Origin: Raphidiopsis brookii D9
GTDB taxonomy: Bacteria > Cyanobacteriota > Cyanobacteriia > Cyanobacteriales > Nostocaceae
Length of the DNA stretch: 32,000 nucleotides
Direction of reading: 5' to 3'
Assembly (NCBI GenBank): GCA_000175855.1
Contig: ACYB01000031.1
Coordinates: 120,001-152,000 of the forward strand
Shown here one piece after another: positions 17,420 through 26,223 of this stretch. The notes under the pieces are model-generated. The model had not been told where the DNA came from. It did no database searches and saw only the letters and a list, made by a program, of their open reading frames with translations. Position numbers and translations under genes: made by a program. Numbering within the stretch: the stretch's first letter is position 1; each line of letters starts with the position of its first letter.

Positions 17420-18250
17420 ATGAGATATCGCGCTTTAATAATTGCTTTCTTAGCTTTATGCTTGACTCTAATAACCGCTTGCAGTGATGCTCCTTCATCC
17501 AGCGGCAAAGATCTACTAACTTATGAGGAAATTAGAGGAACTGGTTTAGCTAATAAGTGTCCTCAGTTATCAGAGGTTAGTCGTGGCTCTATTAATTTAG
17601 ACAGCAACCAGTCTTATACCATTAAGGAACTTTGTTTAGAACCTACGAGTTACTTTGTCAAAGAAGAACCAGCTAATAAACGGCAAGAAGCTGAATTTGT
17701 ACCTGGTAGATTGTTGACTAGATACACATCCACTATTGACCAAGTACAAGGGGATCTAAAAATAAATCCAGATAATAGTTTGACTTTTGTAGAAAAAGAT
17801 GGTCTTGACTTCCAAGCTATTACCGTCAAACTACCTGGTGGTGAACTAGTGCCTTTCCTATTCACTATTAAAGATTTAGTTGCACAAACACAACCTAACT
17901 CGACCAGTATCAATACTTCCACTGACTTTGAAGGTAAGTTTAAGGTTCCTTCCTATCGTGGAGCTTCCTTCCTTGATCCTAAAGGTCGTGGAGTGGTAAG
18001 TGGCTATGACAATGCTGTAGCTTTACCAGCTCAAGCTGATGCTGATGATTTAACTCGTACTAATGTGAAGCGCACAGAAATTCTCCAAGGCAAGATTTCT
18101 TTACAAGTATCCAGAGTGGATAATTCCACTGGTGAAATAGCTGGCACTTTCGAGAGTGAGCAACCCTCTGATACGGATCTGGGTGCTGGTGAGCCCAAGG
18201 AAGTGAAGATTCGCGGTTTATTCTATGGTCGGGTGTCAACAAACAGTTAA
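17420..18250 (+). CDS. psbO: photosystem II manganese-stabilising protein PsbO
   Basis: Signal peptide, then LTYEEIRGTGLANKCPQL, …GRLLTRYTSTIDQVQGDL…, …FKVPSYRGASFLDPKGRG…. The listed ORF starts at TTG 17408; ATG 17420 (MRYRAL…) is preferred. Confidence 0.95.
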   Translation: MRYRALIIAFLALCLTLITACSDAPSSSGKDLLTYEEIRGTGLANKCPQLSEVSRGSINLDSNQSYTIKELCLEPTSYFVKEEPANKRQEAEFVPGRLLTRYTSTIDQVQGDLKINPDNSLTFVEKDGLDFQAITVKLPGGELVPFLFTIKDLVAQTQPNSTSINTSTDFEGKFKVPSYRGASFLDPKGRGVVSGYDNAVALPAQADADDLTRTNVKRTEILQGKISLQVSRVDNSTGEIAGTFESEQPSDTDLGAGEPKEVKIRGLFYGRVSTNS

Positions 18251-18365
18251 GACTTGACCAAAAAGGCAGACCCAAGTCCTGGATTTAGAACTTCTAAACC
18301 GGGGCTTGCCCGTGAATGACTTAATTACAACGTTATCAAACCCCAATTCCCATCCACAGACCTCA

Positions 18366-19023
18366 ATGAGTACAAAAATTATAGCCTTAGCTATTTCAAC
18401 TTTGGCTATGAGCGGGTGTGGTTTAGGAAACAATTCCCTAGGAGAAGGCCAAAAACCCCCAGCCATTGCCCAGTTTACCGATCCTGTTGTTCCTGCTAAA
18501 ATTAATTCGGTAGTTAATCCGGTAATTGAAAGCAATAAAAAATCAGGTAATTCCATCAGCGTCCCAAAACAGGTCTGTCCGATCTTTGGTAAAAGCTAGA
18601 CGTGACCCTTTTGCACAAATTATCCGCGTTCCACAGACAATCCCCACATTGCCTTCCGTGGTAAAGAGCAACAATACTAGTAGGTTGAATTCACTTAAAA
18701 AACCACTGGCAATTCGCCAAGCTGACCTAGAAATTAGGGGTAAAAATCCTATAAAACCTTCACCACCAAAACCACCAGATACTAAACTGGCACAGTCCAT
18801 TTTAGTATCTGGTGTAATTCTAGTCAATCAACAAGCCCAGGCGATTATTAAACTACCAGACGATTCAAACAGTCGTTACGTGCACGCTGGAGAAACATTG
18901 ACTAATGGTATTTTAGTTAAACGTATAGAAGTTAATCAGTGCGATAACCCAGTAGTCGTTTTAGAGCAGTTTGGGGTAGAAGTTAGGAGGGTCATCAGTG
19001 GACAAGAGGATGGAATTTGTTAA
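18366..19023 (+). CDS. lipoprotein with a PilP-like C-terminal domain, split into two overlapping frames (frameshift, possible pseudogene)
   Basis: Frame 0 (ATG 18366) encodes a lipoprotein signal MSTKIIALAISTLAMSGCG and stops at 18599. Frame +1 (open from 18526) encodes …KARRDPFAQ…LVSGVILVNQQAQAIIKLPDDSNSRYVHAGETLTNGILVKRIEVNQ…VVVLEQFGVEV but has no signal peptide of its own. The overlap includes an A6 tract (18537-18542). The PilP-like call rests on pattern memory (RDPF plus a beta-sandwich-like tail). Confidence 0.6.
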
Positions 19024-19035
19024 GCTTATAACTCC

Positions 19036-19347
19036 GTGTATAAGGTATATATATCAAAAAATATGGAAACAATGCCGACCATAACACAAACTCAAACCAA
19101 AATTGAAATTGAATTCCCCTATTTACCTTTGGCTGTATATAGGGAAATAGCTGCCCATTTATGCCAGGTAAAAGGTGTAGATGTGCAGTTAGTCACTCAA
19201 ACATCTCTAGAGTTTGATTATTATCAAAGTCAAATCAAGTCTCTATGCATTTCCTGGCAGTCTGACAGTAATTTACAAAGAATTCAGCAGATACTGGAAT
19301 ACTATCAAAAACGTTATCACAAGGACTGGAAGAGGGTTGATGGGTAA
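19036..19347 (+). CDS. hypothetical protein
   Basis: ORF with protein-like composition. The listed GTG start at 19036 is doubtful; ATG at 19063 or 19072 (MPTITQTQ…) is more plausible. Confidence 0.5.
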   Translation: MYKVYISKNMETMPTITQTQTKIEIEFPYLPLAVYREIAAHLCQVKGVDVQLVTQTSLEFDYYQSQIKSLCISWQSDSNLQRIQQILEYYQKRYHKDWKRVDG

Positions 19348-19470
19348 AAGTTAACACTGGGTGGGCTTTTGGCATCGCCTCCGCCCAGGTAAGACACCAC
19401 TGAATGCGATTAAAGCAGGTACGGGAATAATTAAGGTCAATACGCTTTATTCCGTTTCCTGCCCCTGCTT

Positions 19471-19505
19471 AAAAGCGAGGGGCTAGCAACCTCGCAGACT
19501 TTTTA
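19471..19505. terminator. bidirectional rho-independent terminator
   Basis: AAAA, stem GCGAGG (19475-19480) / CCTCGC (19490-19495), then …CTTTTT (19499-19504). It sits between convergent genes ending at 19347 (+) and 19522 (-). Confidence 0.6.
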
Positions 19506-19521
19506 TGTGTTGATGGCGCTT

Positions 19522-20250
19522 TTAACTAACTCTGTTAATTGATTCTGCTGGTAAGCAAATCAAATTATCACCCTGGGTGAGAATTAGTCCACGTTGACGT
19601 AACTTACCCATCAAGCGGGTGACAGTGACTCGGGTAGAACCGATCGCACTACCAATTTGGGCATGGGTAAGGGGAAAAGGTAGACAATAACCACGAATGA
19701 CATCAGGATCAGTTTCACTCATTGCTGGTTCTCCGTATTCCTCAATCAACAAGGTGAGAAATCCCAGGAGTCGGTCGATGGTGCGGCGTTGACCTAAAGC
19801 ACTTAACCATAACAACTTACGTTGATGTTGGTATCTAAAAGCATCCATAACTTCACGACGGAAGTGAGGCCAGTTATCTAAATCATGCCAGTACATCCAC
19901 AGAACCGCAGTTTGGTCAACGTGGGCATAAGCTTGGAGTGTAAATGGGGACTGGGCAACTATTTCAAATGGTTGTCCTGCTCCTACAAAACCCAAAAATG
20001 CTTCCTCAGGAGTTCTGTTGATGCGTCTGGATGTTAGTTGACTAGCAGTAGCACTTACTTGTGCTGTTCCCACCATGCGGATGGCACCTCTTTGAACTAA
20101 ATATAGTAATCCAGGTCTAGCGGGAATGCGTTCGTCTTTACTGAAGGTGCGACAACGGTAGTGTTCTTGTGCCCAGTCAAGAATTCGTTGCCAGGTTAAA
20201 AATGGGCGTGATGCTTCGGAAAAAGATGATTGAGATTGCATAGGTAACAA
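19522..20250 (-). CDS. Crp/Fnr-family transcriptional regulator (NtcA-like HTH)
   Basis: The C-terminal HTH LTHAQIGSAIGSTRVTVTRLMGKLRQRGLI closely resembles the NtcA recognition helix region (…AIGSTRVTVTRLLG…). A beta-roll effector domain lies upstream. It is clearly not NtcA itself, because the N-terminal sequence differs. Confidence 0.85.
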   Translation of the reverse strand: MLPMQSQSSFSEASRPFLTWQRILDWAQEHYRCRTFSKDERIPARPGLLYLVQRGAIRMVGTAQVSATASQLTSRRINRTPEEAFLGFVGAGQPFEIVAQSPFTLQAYAHVDQTAVLWMYWHDLDNWPHFRREVMDAFRYQHQRKLLWLSALGQRRTIDRLLGFLTLLIEEYGEPAMSETDPDVIRGYCLPFPLTHAQIGSAIGSTRVTVTRLMGKLRQRGLILTQGDNLICLPAESINRVS

Positions 20251-20558
20251 ATAACGTTCAACTCAAGACAAAGATTAAATTAAAAGACCCAAGGAGTGTC
20301 TTGGTGTTAACAGGGTAGGCCTAACACCTAATGGTGTCAGCTATCCAAAATGTAGACAGCTAGTATGGGTATATGTTGCTATCTACTATTTTGTTATACT
20401 TCTTAGCCATGAGAGTAGTAAAGTTTACTGATTATTCATGGATTACTCATGAAATTTTATCCTACCCTCATTTTCCTCTACTTAGAGTAAATTTCTATCT
20501 TAAGACAGATGGAAAAGGATAAAATTGGGATAACCCTAAGAGTTTTCTGTTTGACTAC

Positions 20559-21457
20559 GTGCAACACTGGCTACTATTTCAGAAGTATACCTCAGTTAAA
20601 CATCTAGTATATATCCATTTGGTGAATTTTCTAAGTGTTTATACTAAGGATGAGAAAATTCTATGGATGGAACGAGGAAAATTACCTCTATACCAAGATA
20701 CAAATGGTAAAAAATATTATATATTGCTGGTGTAGCTTTGCAAGTCTTCCCTGGGGATAATTTTTTAGCACCTGGTAAACTAACTGATCATAAGCTTGAT
20801 TTGGTTAGTTTGATTGCAAGCCATTTTTCCACCAGCAACAGCCATATTTTTAACGTTCAGGTTCCCGCAACTGGTTCCATTCATATCCAACCAACTGAAT
20901 TGACTATAGCATCTTGGTTACATAGACTCACAATTAAAGATCATAATTGGCAACCTATACTAGACTGGAGCGTGAAATCCCAAATTCGGAGCTATAGTTC
21001 TCTCTATAATTCAGTAAGTATTTTTGCTATTCAACATGCTTACTCCAGGTGTGTTTCACTTATTAGTTTAGCAAAACGTGAAGGCTGGATAAAAATTGTC
21101 GAAAATGATACTGACAGTCAACCGTTATTATCAGTCAGTTCCATACCTTGGTTAGACGATTGCCAAAAGCTCCGTTTTTATCAACCGGATGAAATTCATC
21201 TCATTCACCTGTTGGTGAGAACTGTGGATGATTTGGCATTCCCCCATATTCAGCGTTCTATTAATTGGTTAGCAGTGGCTGAAAAATTAAGTTCCGCATT
21301 TGAGAAATTTTGGTCTAGCTGTCCAATTTGGGGATATGTAAAAATTCATGATCTGGAACTAGCTAAAGCGAGAATAGGAATGCTGATTTTGACTCAATTA
21401 GTTATAAAGTATATTTTGGAGGTTAAATTGGGTGTCACTGCTATTTCTCAGTTGTGA
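20559..21457 (+). CDS. stand-alone DALR (arginyl-tRNA-synthetase anticodon-binding-like) domain protein, N-terminal part in another frame (frameshift at an A6 tract)
   Basis: The listed ORF 20738-21457 carries ArgRS-C-terminal-like motifs (FAIQHAYSRCVSLISLAKREG ~ Q-YAHAR-x-CSIL; LAVAEKLSSAFEKFWSSCPIWG ~ La-x-La-x-F-x-FY-x-C-x-vl). Upstream, a 63-codon stop-free stretch in the +1-offset frame (20523-20732, …VKHLVYIHLVNFLSVYTKDEKILWMERGKLPLYQDTNGKK) abuts it at A6 (20709-20714). One additional A would join it to …ILYIAGVALQVFPGDNF…. The start (GTG 20559?) is unresolved. Confidence 0.6.
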
Positions 21458-21460
21458 TCA

Positions 21461-22345
21461 CTATTGAAGTAAAAACTTTTCTATGGCAATTGCTACCCCA
21501 TCCTCTTCCACACCAGCAGTAACCCAATTGGCGATCGCCTGTACTGGTTGGGGTGCACCACCCATGGCCACACCAATGCCAGCATATTCCAGCATTTCCA
21601 GGTCATTGAAATTATCACCAATGGTCATCACATTATCACTGGTTAATCCCAGTAGTTCCTCCGCCAAATATCTCACAGCAGTACCTTTATTGACAAAAGG
21701 GTTAGTTACCTCCAAAAAAGTGGAGACAGAAGTTGTCATATAAAGTTCTGCAGGAGTATATTGGAGACGTAACTTACCCAAAAGTTCCTGAATCAAATCC
21801 ACATCATGGGATAAAGCCAAAACCTTAGTGGGTCCTGGGGAGGAATCATGATCAGTTAACAACTGACGTAAATCGCCAATAGCTAAAGGGGTAACACCAC
21901 AACGCTCCACATATATTGTGGTTTCGGTTGTCATCTCCCGCACGTAAAGTTGATCACCAAGGTAAAAATGAACAGAAAGCAAAGGGCGTAAATCTGGTTG
22001 TTCAAAGTAATTTAACAACTGATCAGCAATGCTCTTAGAAACGGCTAGGTGACGATGTAACTCACCCGTGTGAGGATTTTGAATCCAAGCTCCTTGATAA
22101 GCCATTAGTGGTAAGCTAGACCTAATATCCTGATGAAATCGCAAAGCCGAGCAGTACATCCTTCCAGTAGCTATAGCTACCTGAATTCCCTGACTTTGAA
22201 CTTTGGCAATAGCCATTTTAACAGTTTCACTAATTTGATTGTCATGTCCAGCAATTGTACCGTCTATGTCCAATACCAGGAGCTTGATCTCCCCACTAAT
22301 TATCGGTTGATTGTTGATAGATACCATAATAAAACATGCTTCCAT
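21461..22345 (-). CDS. Cof-type HAD-IIB family hydrolase (sugar-phosphate phosphatase-like)
   Basis: Motif I LLVLDIDGTI, ATGR, and a C-terminal GDNFNDLEML…GVAMGGAP. The alternative start at ATG 22327 (MVSINNQ…) is probably correct. Confidence 0.85.
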   Translation of the reverse strand: MEACFIMVSINNQPIISGEIKLLVLDIDGTIAGHDNQISETVKMAIAKVQSQGIQVAIATGRMYCSALRFHQDIRSSLPLMAYQGAWIQNPHTGELHRHLAVSKSIADQLLNYFEQPDLRPLLSVHFYLGDQLYVREMTTETTIYVERCGVTPLAIGDLRQLLTDHDSSPGPTKVLALSHDVDLIQELLGKLRLQYTPAELYMTTSVSTFLEVTNPFVNKGTAVRYLAEELLGLTSDNVMTIGDNFNDLEMLEYAGIGVAMGGAPQPVQAIANWVTAGVEEDGVAIAIEKFLLQ

Positions 22346-22390
22346 TATTGATTGTTTTCAACGCCAAATTATCAACCATAGGCCAACTCA

Positions 22391-25357
22391 GTGATTTTAG
22401 ATTCTGTAGACCAAAGTTATCCTACCATCATTCTGGTAGATGGACACTCCCTAGCTTTCCGCTCCTATTTTGCCTTTGCCAAAAGTAGAGCAGGTGGATT
22501 ACGCACAAAATCAGGTATTCCTACCAATGTTTGTTTTGGCTTCATGCAATGTTTATTAGATGTAATAGTAAAAGAACAGCCACAAGCTATAGCAGTAGCA
22601 TTTGATTTAGCTGCACCCACTTTTCGCCATGAAGCAGATAGTAACTATAAAGCAAATAGGGCAGATACACCGGAAGATTTCATTCCCGACTTAGTTAACT
22701 TGTATGATTTATTAGAAGCATTAAACATACAAGTTATCACACAGCCGGGTTACGAAGCAGATGATATATTGGGCACCTTGGCCGAAACATCAGTCTGTAG
22801 TGGCTACCGGGTGAAAATCCTATCGGGAGACAGGGATTTATTTCAGCTTATTGATGAAAATAAAGGAATTTCAGTTTTAAACTTTACCCCGGAAGCATTA
22901 AAAAGTTCTTCCAACGGAATCAAAGAATTTCACACCCTAGACGTTAAGGAAAAATTAGGGGTTTTACCTACTCAAGTTGTAGACTTCAAAGCTCTTTGTG
23001 GTGATACATCTGATAACATTCCTGGAGTTAAGGGAATTGGAGAAAAAACGGCGGTTAAATTATTAAATATCTATAAATCTCTGACGGAAATTTATGCCAA
23101 TATTAATAAAATTACCGGTGCAAATCAGCAAAAACTAATTGCAGGTCAGGAAAGTGCCTTCCATTCCCAATATTTAGCTAAGATAGTTACGGACGTACCC
23201 ATAACAATCAAAATACAAGACTGTCATTTAAAAGGTTTTGATACTGCTAAGATAATTCCCATTCTGGAGAAATTAGAATTCAAGAAATTTCTCGACAAGA
23301 TTCAAGAAATAGAGAAAAAATTCATCCATTCTCAGTCAACTTCCTTGACCGGGGAAACTAATAACTCTAACACTAATAACTTGTCACTGGATGATGATTT
23401 ATGGTTTTTCAGTGCAGCAGATACGGTAAATGCACAAAAATCACAAACATTAAAACAAGGTAGTTCGGAGATTAAAGTCCGAATTATAGATACAGAAGAT
23501 AAATTGCGAGAATTAGTTAATATACTAGAACAGCATAAAGATCCAGAAAACCCAGTTGCCTGGGATACAGAAACCACAGATTTAGATCCAAGAAATGCAA
23601 ATTTAGTAGGAATAGGTTGTTGTTGGGGGACGGGAGAAAATGATGTGGCTTATATCCCCTTGGGACATAATATAACAAGTAACCTAGAGAAGAATCTTCC
23701 CCTAAATACAGTATTATCAACCTTGGAGAAAATTTTAGTCAGTGGGGATTATCCTAAAACATTTCAAAATGCTAAGTTTGATAGATTGATTTTTAAATAC
23801 CAGGGAATTACCTTGGATGGTGTGGTATTTGATCCCATGTTGGCTAGTTACGTATTAAATCCTGATCGCACCCACAACTTAACTGACCTAGCATTAAGAT
23901 ATTTAGGATTGCAGTTGACAGAATATGATGATATTGTGCAAAAGTCAGGTAAAAAAGAACGACAAAAAACTATTGCTGATATTAGTATTCATACAGTTGC
24001 CAATTATTGTGGCAAACAGGTTTATGCAACCTGGCAATTGGTGGGTAAATTAAGAGAGGAATTAAATGAAATTCCTGCCTTATTTAAGTTGCTGGTAGAT
24101 GTGGAGCAACCATTAGAAGTAGTATTAGCAGAAATGGAACATAGGGGGGTAATAATAAATTCTGCTTATCTACAACAATTGTCCCAACATATAGAATCAG
24201 ATTTAGCTACCCTAGAAATTAAAGCAACAAAAATTGCTGGAGAAAAATTCAACCTAGGATCCCCAAAACAACTTAGCTATATTCTGTTTGAAAAGCTAGG
24301 TTTAAGTACCAAATATTCTCGCAAGATATCCACAGGTTATTCTACAGATGCAGCAACTCTAGAAAAACTACAAGAGGTTGATCAAACTGGTTTTGTAGAC
24401 GCGATTATTGAATATCGAACATTGGCTAAATTAAAATCAACCTATGTGGATGCTTTACCAGAACTAGTAAATCACAAAACTCAGCGAATTCACACCAACT
24501 TTAACCAAACTGCAACTGCAACCGGTAGATTATCTTCTTCCAATCCTAATTTGCAAAACATTCCCATTCGTACAGCTTTTAGCAGACAAATTAGAAAAGC
24601 CTTTTTACCTGAATCCGGTTGGCTAATGGTTGCTGCTGATTATTCCCAAATTGAATTGAGAATATTGGCACATTTAAGTCAAGAACCAATGTTAATTCAA
24701 GCCTATAGCAACAATCAGGATATTCATACTCTCACAGCAAAACTACTCTTTGATAAAGAGGATGTCACATCAGAAGAAAGGCGTTTTGCTAAAACTATTA
24801 ATTTTGGTGTGATTTATGGAATGGGTGTATTAAAATTCTCTCGCTCCACAGGTGTAGACAAGAATATAGCAAATGAATTTATTCAGAAATTTAATCAAAG
24901 ATATCCGTTAGTTTTTACATACTTAGAAACTATTAAGAAACAGGCTATTTCTCAAGGTTATGTGGAAACAATTCTAGGGAGAAGACGTTATTTTGATTTC
25001 ACTAATAAAACCCTACAGCAGTTAAAAGGTAAAGATTTACAAGAAATAGAACTAAACAAGTTAAAGAATTTAGGTCCCTACGATGCAGGACTATTACGCT
25101 CTGCTGCTAATGCACCAATTCAGGGTTCTAGTGCGGACATTATTAAGATTGCTATGGTCAGGTTACATGAGGTATTAAGGCGTTATCAAGCAAAATTACT
25201 TTTACAGGTACACGATGAGTTGGTTTTTGAAGTTCCCCCCAGTGAGTGGGATGAGCTACAATTACAAATTAAGTCAGTTATGGAGAATGCAATGAAATTA
25301 AGCGTTCCCCTAGTAGTGGATATACATGTGGGTGAAAACTGGATGGAAACAAAATAA
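22391..25357 (+). CDS. polA: DNA polymerase I
   Basis: 5'-nuclease domain (LVDGHSLAFRSYFA…GDRDLFQL…GIGEKTA), 3'-5' exo-like domain (AWDTETTDLD) and polymerase motifs A (DYSQIELRILAH), B (RRFAKTINFGVIYGM) and C (LQVHDELVFE). GTG start. Confidence 0.95.
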   Translation: MILDSVDQSYPTIILVDGHSLAFRSYFAFAKSRAGGLRTKSGIPTNVCFGFMQCLLDVIVKEQPQAIAVAFDLAAPTFRHEADSNYKANRADTPEDFIPDLVNLYDLLEALNIQVITQPGYEADDILGTLAETSVCSGYRVKILSGDRDLFQLIDENKGISVLNFTPEALKSSSNGIKEFHTLDVKEKLGVLPTQVVDFKALCGDTSDNIPGVKGIGEKTAVKLLNIYKSLTEIYANINKITGANQQKLIAGQESAFHSQYLAKIVTDVPITIKIQDCHLKGFDTAKIIPILEKLEFKKFLDKIQEIEKKFIHSQSTSLTGETNNSNTNNLSLDDDLWFFSAADTVNAQKSQTLKQGSSEIKVRIIDTEDKLRELVNILEQHKDPENPVAWDTETTDLDPRNANLVGIGCCWGTGENDVAYIPLGHNITSNLEKNLPLNTVLSTLEKILVSGDYPKTFQNAKFDRLIFKYQGITLDGVVFDPMLASYVLNPDRTHNLTDLALRYLGLQLTEYDDIVQKSGKKERQKTIADISIHTVANYCGKQVYATWQLVGKLREELNEIPALFKLLVDVEQPLEVVLAEMEHRGVIINSAYLQQLSQHIESDLATLEIKATKIAGEKFNLGSPKQLSYILFEKLGLSTKYSRKISTGYSTDAATLEKLQEVDQTGFVDAIIEYRTLAKLKSTYVDALPELVNHKTQRIHTNFNQTATATGRLSSSNPNLQNIPIRTAFSRQIRKAFLPESGWLMVAADYSQIELRILAHLSQEPMLIQAYSNNQDIHTLTAKLLFDKEDVTSEERRFAKTINFGVIYGMGVLKFSRSTGVDKNIANEFIQKFNQRYPLVFTYLETIKKQAISQGYVETILGRRRYFDFTNKTLQQLKGKDLQEIELNKLKNLGPYDAGLLRSAANAPIQGSSADIIKIAMVRLHEVLRRYQAKLLLQVHDELVFEVPPSEWDELQLQIKSVMENAMKLSVPLVVDIHVGENWMETK

Positions 25358-25364
25358 AAGTTCT

Positions 25365-26195
25365 CTAAGGTTTAAAAAATTCCATGATCTGTTCCACAAA
25401 CATTAGGGGATTTTCTAAGTGCGTGTTGTGTGCAGCTCGGTTAATTGTCACCAATTTACTGCCTGGAATTAAATTGTATATAACAGTATTAATATCAATA
25501 AACTTCTGATCATATTCACCTACTAATAAAAGCAGGGGAATTTGACTATATTCTAGTTTGTGCCATAGTGAAGGTTGATATCCAGTACCCATAAATTGTA
25601 AGGATTTAGATATTTTTAAGGGACTATTTTCTAATCTGGTTTCTATCATTTTTGGATATGCTGGATGATTTTTTATCTGACCGAAAATGGGCTGACTATA
25701 CCAGTTTTTTAAAAAAACACCAAACTCATTTCTGGTGCTAATTCTGGTTAACTTTTGGATAATTCCAGCATCGCTTTTTATTCTCATTATTCTCTGGGAA
25801 TCAGTTGATAAGCCAGGTGAGGAAGATTCTAGCACAACTTTAATAAATCTCTCCGGAAAATTTATGGTGAGATATAGTGCTATTCTTCCTCCCATAGAAT
25901 AACCTACTAAAAAGCATTTTTCTATCTTTAGTTCATCCAGGAGATTAATAATAGCCTGGGCCGTATTTTCCATTTGATAATAATCATTACCCCCTAACAC
26001 CTCAGTCTTTCCATGTCCTGGTAAATCCACAGTTAAGTAGGAAAAATTATTATTTAGTAATTTTATGACATTATCAAACTCGTAAATATTACCCATAAAA
26101 CCATGCAAAAATATAATTACCTGCCTATCACTATTTAAATCTAAACAATAGTGCAGTAGGATTCTCGAATCAAAAAAGCTATATTTTTTATTCAC
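25365..26195 (-). CDS. menH: alpha/beta hydrolase, probable 2-succinyl-6-hydroxy-2,4-cyclohexadiene-1-carboxylate synthase
   Basis: HGFMGN oxyanion region, DLPGHGKT, nucleophile elbow GYSMGGR and a C-terminal AAHNTHLENP. The MenH assignment (versus a generic hydrolase) comes from overall resemblance as remembered. GTG start. Confidence 0.6.
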   Translation of the reverse strand: MNKKYSFFDSRILLHYCLDLNSDRQVIIFLHGFMGNIYEFDNVIKLLNNNFSYLTVDLPGHGKTEVLGGNDYYQMENTAQAIINLLDELKIEKCFLVGYSMGGRIALYLTINFPERFIKVVLESSSPGLSTDSQRIMRIKSDAGIIQKLTRISTRNEFGVFLKNWYSQPIFGQIKNHPAYPKMIETRLENSPLKISKSLQFMGTGYQPSLWHKLEYSQIPLLLLVGEYDQKFIDINTVIYNLIPGSKLVTINRAAHNTHLENPLMFVEQIMEFFKP

Positions 26196-26222
26196 AAATT
26201 CCTTATAAATTCCTTATAAATT
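26196..26222. repeat. 11-bp tandem repeat AAATTCCTTAT x about 2.5
   Basis: Copies at 26196-26206 and 26207-26217, with a partial copy at 26218-26222. On the minus strand each unit carries AAGGA, so the menH Shine-Dalgarno-like element is duplicated immediately 5' of the GTG start. Confidence 0.8.
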
Positions 26223-26223
26223 A

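Noticed and set aside
19522-20250. Calling the Crp-family regulator NtcA or DevH
   Set aside because: The HTH resembles NtcA, but the N-terminal two thirds do not match the NtcA sequence I remember. I cannot recall the DevH sequence well enough to assign it, so I left it as family-level only.
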